Of a stretch of 64,000 nucleotides of DNA, positions 59,073 to 64,000 are shown one piece after another. Source of the stretch: Eledone cirrhosa (taxonomy: Eukaryota); assembly GCA_964016885.1 (NCBI GenBank), contig OZ024740.1, positions 233,492,001-233,556,000 of the forward strand, given 5' to 3'. Numbering within the stretch: position 1 is the first letter of the stretch; each line of letters opens with the position of its first letter. The notes beneath the pieces are model-generated. The model saw only the letters and a program-made list of their open reading frames with translations. It was not told where the DNA came from and searched no databases. The position numbers and the translations under genes are program-made.

Positions 59073-60073
59073 TGACCGTGTAGTGGCTCCCGTCTTTACT
59101 ATTTTCCACGATAATTTGTGATATTTAGTTGCAACTAACCAAGTTCTTATTTTAAATCCTGTCTGTGTTATCTTTATTTTACATCTCTCTTGTGTCGATA
59201 AATTATGTACCTGTCATTTACTGATATATTCAATCACATATACATTCTACTAATGTTAGAATTAGAGTTACACATTAGTAGAAAGATAAAAATAATCTGT
59301 AACTAATAAAATCTACATGTTGTTACTTAGCCCAAGGTCAGACCTGATCAAGCAGAACTATGGAAAAGGTTATCCAGCCATGATCATCCCGATCATCCAT
59401 GTCTTAGGTTGTATTATCCAATGTGACCTTTTTTTTAAAGAAGTAGTGTTATTTGAAGAAATGTGGGCTGCTATTTCTGAAATCTACACGGAATGGTAAA
59501 TTCTGTTACTTGTAGTGTAGATTTAAATCTAACTTTCTAAATGAAACGTGTAGAGGGTGTGTATCCGAGATAATGTAGGCCTCGATACATTGTACTTTAA
59601 CAACGAGGAGATGATCTCTTCATGAACAGTAATGAGCAAATTTCTGCTGAAAAATTACGAAGAATGTTCTCTATATATCTATATCCACCTTCTCTCTCTC
59701 GCTATATATAATCTTTTCTTCACGAACACTCGCACGAGTGAAACGATTAGCTCTGAATATGAGCGGACACAATGACACGTATGGAAGTTGCTGTATGCAG
59801 ACTGAACAAGCGGATTGGTTACATGAAATGAATCAATAGGAAGACTGCAAGCATTCAAGCTGTTCACCAATCAACAGCTTAGTGAGGGAGAGCTGTAATC
59901 CGTGTTCGCCTATAATGGAGAGTGTCGAACGGGGATTGCTTATTTGAGGCATTCATACAAAGATGGGTCTGTGACACAGTTGTAGATGAAAAGCCCTGGG
60001 AAAAGCAGCAAGCAGCACCAATGACACTACAACGTATATGTTTCTTACACCCATTCTCCTTACTCTCGCTCTC

Positions 60074-60149
<76 letters not shown>

Positions 60150-60459
60150 GCCCCCCTCTCTCTCTTACTGCTCTCTCTCTCTCTCTTTCTTTCTCTTTCT
60201 TTTCCTCTCTCTTTCCCTTTCCTTCTTCCTACCTCCGTCAATACGATCTTATTCTTTTGGCAGCATGTGTACACAAAACAAGAATATATAATATACGAAA
60301 ACAAGAAAAAGAAATTGATGTAAAATTATAGGATAAAGCAACTGGTCTGCTATGGCCATCCCGCCCAGTAACTACATGCCTAAAATATGAGAGGAAGCAA
60401 ACAAAAAGAAATCTGTAATTACATAATCCACACAGCACACAGACACACACACACACACC

Positions 60460-60491
<32 letters not shown>

Positions 60492-60526
60492 TACACACAT
60501 ATATATATATTTATATATATATATAT

Positions 60527-60849
60527 ATAGGTAAATGTTCAAGACCCCGACGGCAGAGCTCAAGCCGTTATGACGGCTATTTATGGACTCAGTCCAGAAA
60601 TAGCCGTCGAAACGGCTTGAGCTCTGCCGGTGGGGTCTTGAACATTTTTCCTATTACCCACTCTACTACCCTAAGTATTGAGTACTCTGGTGCGTTATGG
60701 TCCATCTGGTTCCTTAACCACACTTCCTTCGTTATATATATATAACGAAGGAAATGTGGTAAGGAACCAGGTGGACCATAACGCACCAAAGTACTCAATA
60801 CTTAGGGTAGTAGAGTGGGTAATAGGAATGAGTAAGACCCCGAGTAAGA

Positions 60850-60853
<4 letters not shown>
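60527..60853. mobile_element. Two family A copies, tail-to-tail across a short (TA)n
   Basis: 60527-60734 (fold-back) and 60742-60853. Confidence 0.8.
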
Positions 60854-60938
<85 letters not shown>

Positions 60939-61032
60939 CAAAGCTTCTACAGGACGAGAACTGTTTCATTCGTGAGAAATGTATTGAGTACCTTACTTAC
61001 TGTGGTTACCCCCGACTCAACCCGGAATAACT

Positions 61033-61100
<68 letters not shown>

Positions 61101-61271
61101 CATATATAGATATATAGATATCTTAGATATATTAGGAATAAAGGAATAATTTTACGGCTGAGCTCACGCCGTTTAGATGGTGGATGAATAACGTTGAAAC
61201 TGGTAACTTCAAATCTATTTCCTCCCATTCTATCTCCATCTCTCCCCCCCCTCTCTCTCTCTATCTCTCAC

Positions 61272-61302
<31 letters not shown>

Positions 61303-61476
61303 GTGTGTATGTGTAAGTATATATATATATATATATATATACGATGCTTAGTAGTTGAGGCCGGGTGAATGCATAATTAATACCAGAGTAGAGATTGATC
61401 AACTCCTTATACATATATTATACATGCTTATGTACATAAATACACACACAAACGTATATGTATGTGTGTGTGTGTG

Positions 61477-61508
<32 letters not shown>

Positions 61509-62113
61509 CATGTGTTAGTTATCCCATCGTGTAAGAACATTACTACATAAACTCACATGGGCTACATGTTGTGAATATATTTATTTAATATCATACACAC
61601 ACACACAATCACACACACAGACACACAAACACCCACATTGGCACACACACGCACGCACACACACACACACACTCACACACACGCACTCACGCACACACAC
61701 ACACATACACACTCACACACACGCACTCACGCACACACACACACATACACACACACACTCACGCACACAAATACATACACAGACACACAGAGATACCCCC
61801 CACACACGAGAATGTGTTGTTTCGTAACCTGAGAAAGCTGATTCCCCGCAAAGGCTCACACCAATCCTAATACACTACACTGCATTGATTCACCCCCCCC
61901 CCCCACACACACACTTACTCACCATCTCCCTCTCTTTCCCTCTCCCCACTCTATTACCTCTCTCTCTCAGTCAGTCTTATTTTTGCCTATTTGAATTTTG
62001 CCCCTCGTACATACATACATAAATTGTTATTCATTTGCAAACAGCACATCTGAGATGTGCGTTCGCGAGCACACATACACACACACACACGCACACACAC
62101 ACACACACACACG

Positions 62114-62153
<40 letters not shown>

Positions 62154-62227
62154 CAAACATTCAAACATCCACATCCATAGCCTACATACGCGCATATATT
62201 CCATACATATATATTGGTGTGTTTATA

Positions 62228-62281
<54 letters not shown>

Positions 62282-62283
62282 CA

Positions 62284-62341
<58 letters not shown>

Positions 62342-62411
62342 TAAATCAAGAAAGAAGAGTGACATATATACACACACACACACATATATATATATATACA
62401 TATATATATAC

Positions 62412-62577
<166 letters not shown>

Positions 62578-62669
62578 TTCATTGAGTACGTTCAGAATTT
62601 TGCAATGTATATTTCAAATTTACTATCCACACTCACATATACACATATATACACCCCACCATATAAATG

Positions 62670-62707
<38 letters not shown>

Positions 62708-63689
62708 CATACATACATGTATACAAATATATATACTCATGTATATATACACACACATAAGCACATACATAAAATTTCACCCCCTCCCCGACGCACGTAC
62801 TTAAATAAAATATACATCCACACACATTCTTAAAACATTTACAAACAAACATACATACATAGATATAAGGAACTTACATAGACACCACCACCACTCCAGT
62901 GATCGCAATAATCCAATATAAACAGACCTCCACCCATGCCTCTATATACAGATGTGTGTTGTTATAAAATACAGCGTAACTAAAACTGACATATTTACAA
63001 CATCGCTTTAAAGGGCCACCTTACGATGTCTATGAAATTTGGCAATACTACTCCTGTTAATGTTTCTATACTATATTGTGATCGAGCTGAGCTAACGAGG
63101 AGTGAATATGCGCGTTGGAACTCCGTCGGTTTTTGCGACGAGTGTTTTAGTTAGTGCGATCAACGGTACAGCATGCTCATGAAATTACTGTGCTAGACGA
63201 TGAGTATTTCACAGATAAGTGTACTCCGAGAAATTCTCATGGAATCGTGAAATAAAATGCCTTGTTCAAGGATAAGATGCACCGCCGGAATTCGAGCTCA
63301 CAGCTTTACGATTCAGAGCCGATCTCCTTAACCGCTAAGTCACGTGCCATTACAACAGGGGAGCATCTATGCAGTTGGTTATCCAAGTAGAAATAGCGGC
63401 CAAATCTCAAATCTCACTTTACCTTCGTAAATAAGGAAAATAGGCATTTAATGGTGTATTATCCCTAAAAACATAAAAAAGATGATCACCTCTGGTTATG
63501 TCTTCGGAATCCAGGTTAACCTGAGGCTAAACAACAACACATGCATATATTTTCAACCGTTCAACAGATTGGCAGATATGTAAACAGGGTAATGGTCCAG
63601 AAACATGTTGATTGTTTCTCGATGCCAGTGTTGAACAATCGGATGAAGATTGGTCATCGGCAGAGCACAGCTTTGTCGGGCCGTTTGCT

Positions 63690-63830
63690 TGCAAACGAAT
63701 CGAAGGGTTGGACGAGTTCAAATCCTGCCGAGGTTAACTTTGCCTTTCATCCTTACGGGGTAGATAAAATGAAGTACCAGTAATGTACTGGGTATTTGCT
63801 GGCCTTGTGCCAAAAGTAGAAACAATTATT
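63690..63830 (+). mobile_element. MetaSINE-like SINE copy with degenerate head
   Basis: GAGTTCAAATCC B-box and Meta-like core. Confidence 0.8.
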
Positions 63831-63871
63831 AACGTTCGATATGTATGTGTATGTGTGTGTATATATATATA

Positions 63872-63951
<80 letters not shown>

Positions 63952-64000
63952 AGTGTCTGTGTGTGTGTACGTATGCATACTTACATATATGTATACCTAT

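Overview
Eukaryotic, AT-rich, microsatellite-saturated DNA. The MetaSINE-like and L2-tailed SINEs and the huge (TA)n/(CA)n/(TACA)n tracts suggest a mollusc, probably an octopus (inference). I cannot support any host protein-coding gene; almost all ORF-track entries are translated microsatellites. The real coding remnants are all retrotransposons: a 5'-truncated Penelope-like element (RT + C-terminal GIY-YIG, 44589-46343) between 1.2-kb inverted pseudo-LTRs, an internally deleted PLE (3323-4092), two R4/Dong-like RLE fragments in (TACA)n, a Tx1/L1-like fragment in (GATA)n, and two RTE 3' ends. The most striking signal is about 19 type-I hammerhead-ribozyme-like motifs (complete, variant or truncated), identified by eye, in many unrelated short elements sitting in (TA)n tracts. 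Most are fold-back inverted duplications sharing one geometry: one arm keeps the full tail, the other stops at an internal TAT that merges into the (TA)n. Different retroelement clades appear to partition different microsatellites as targets. Coordinates were read by eye and may be off by a few bases; no folding or database search was run.
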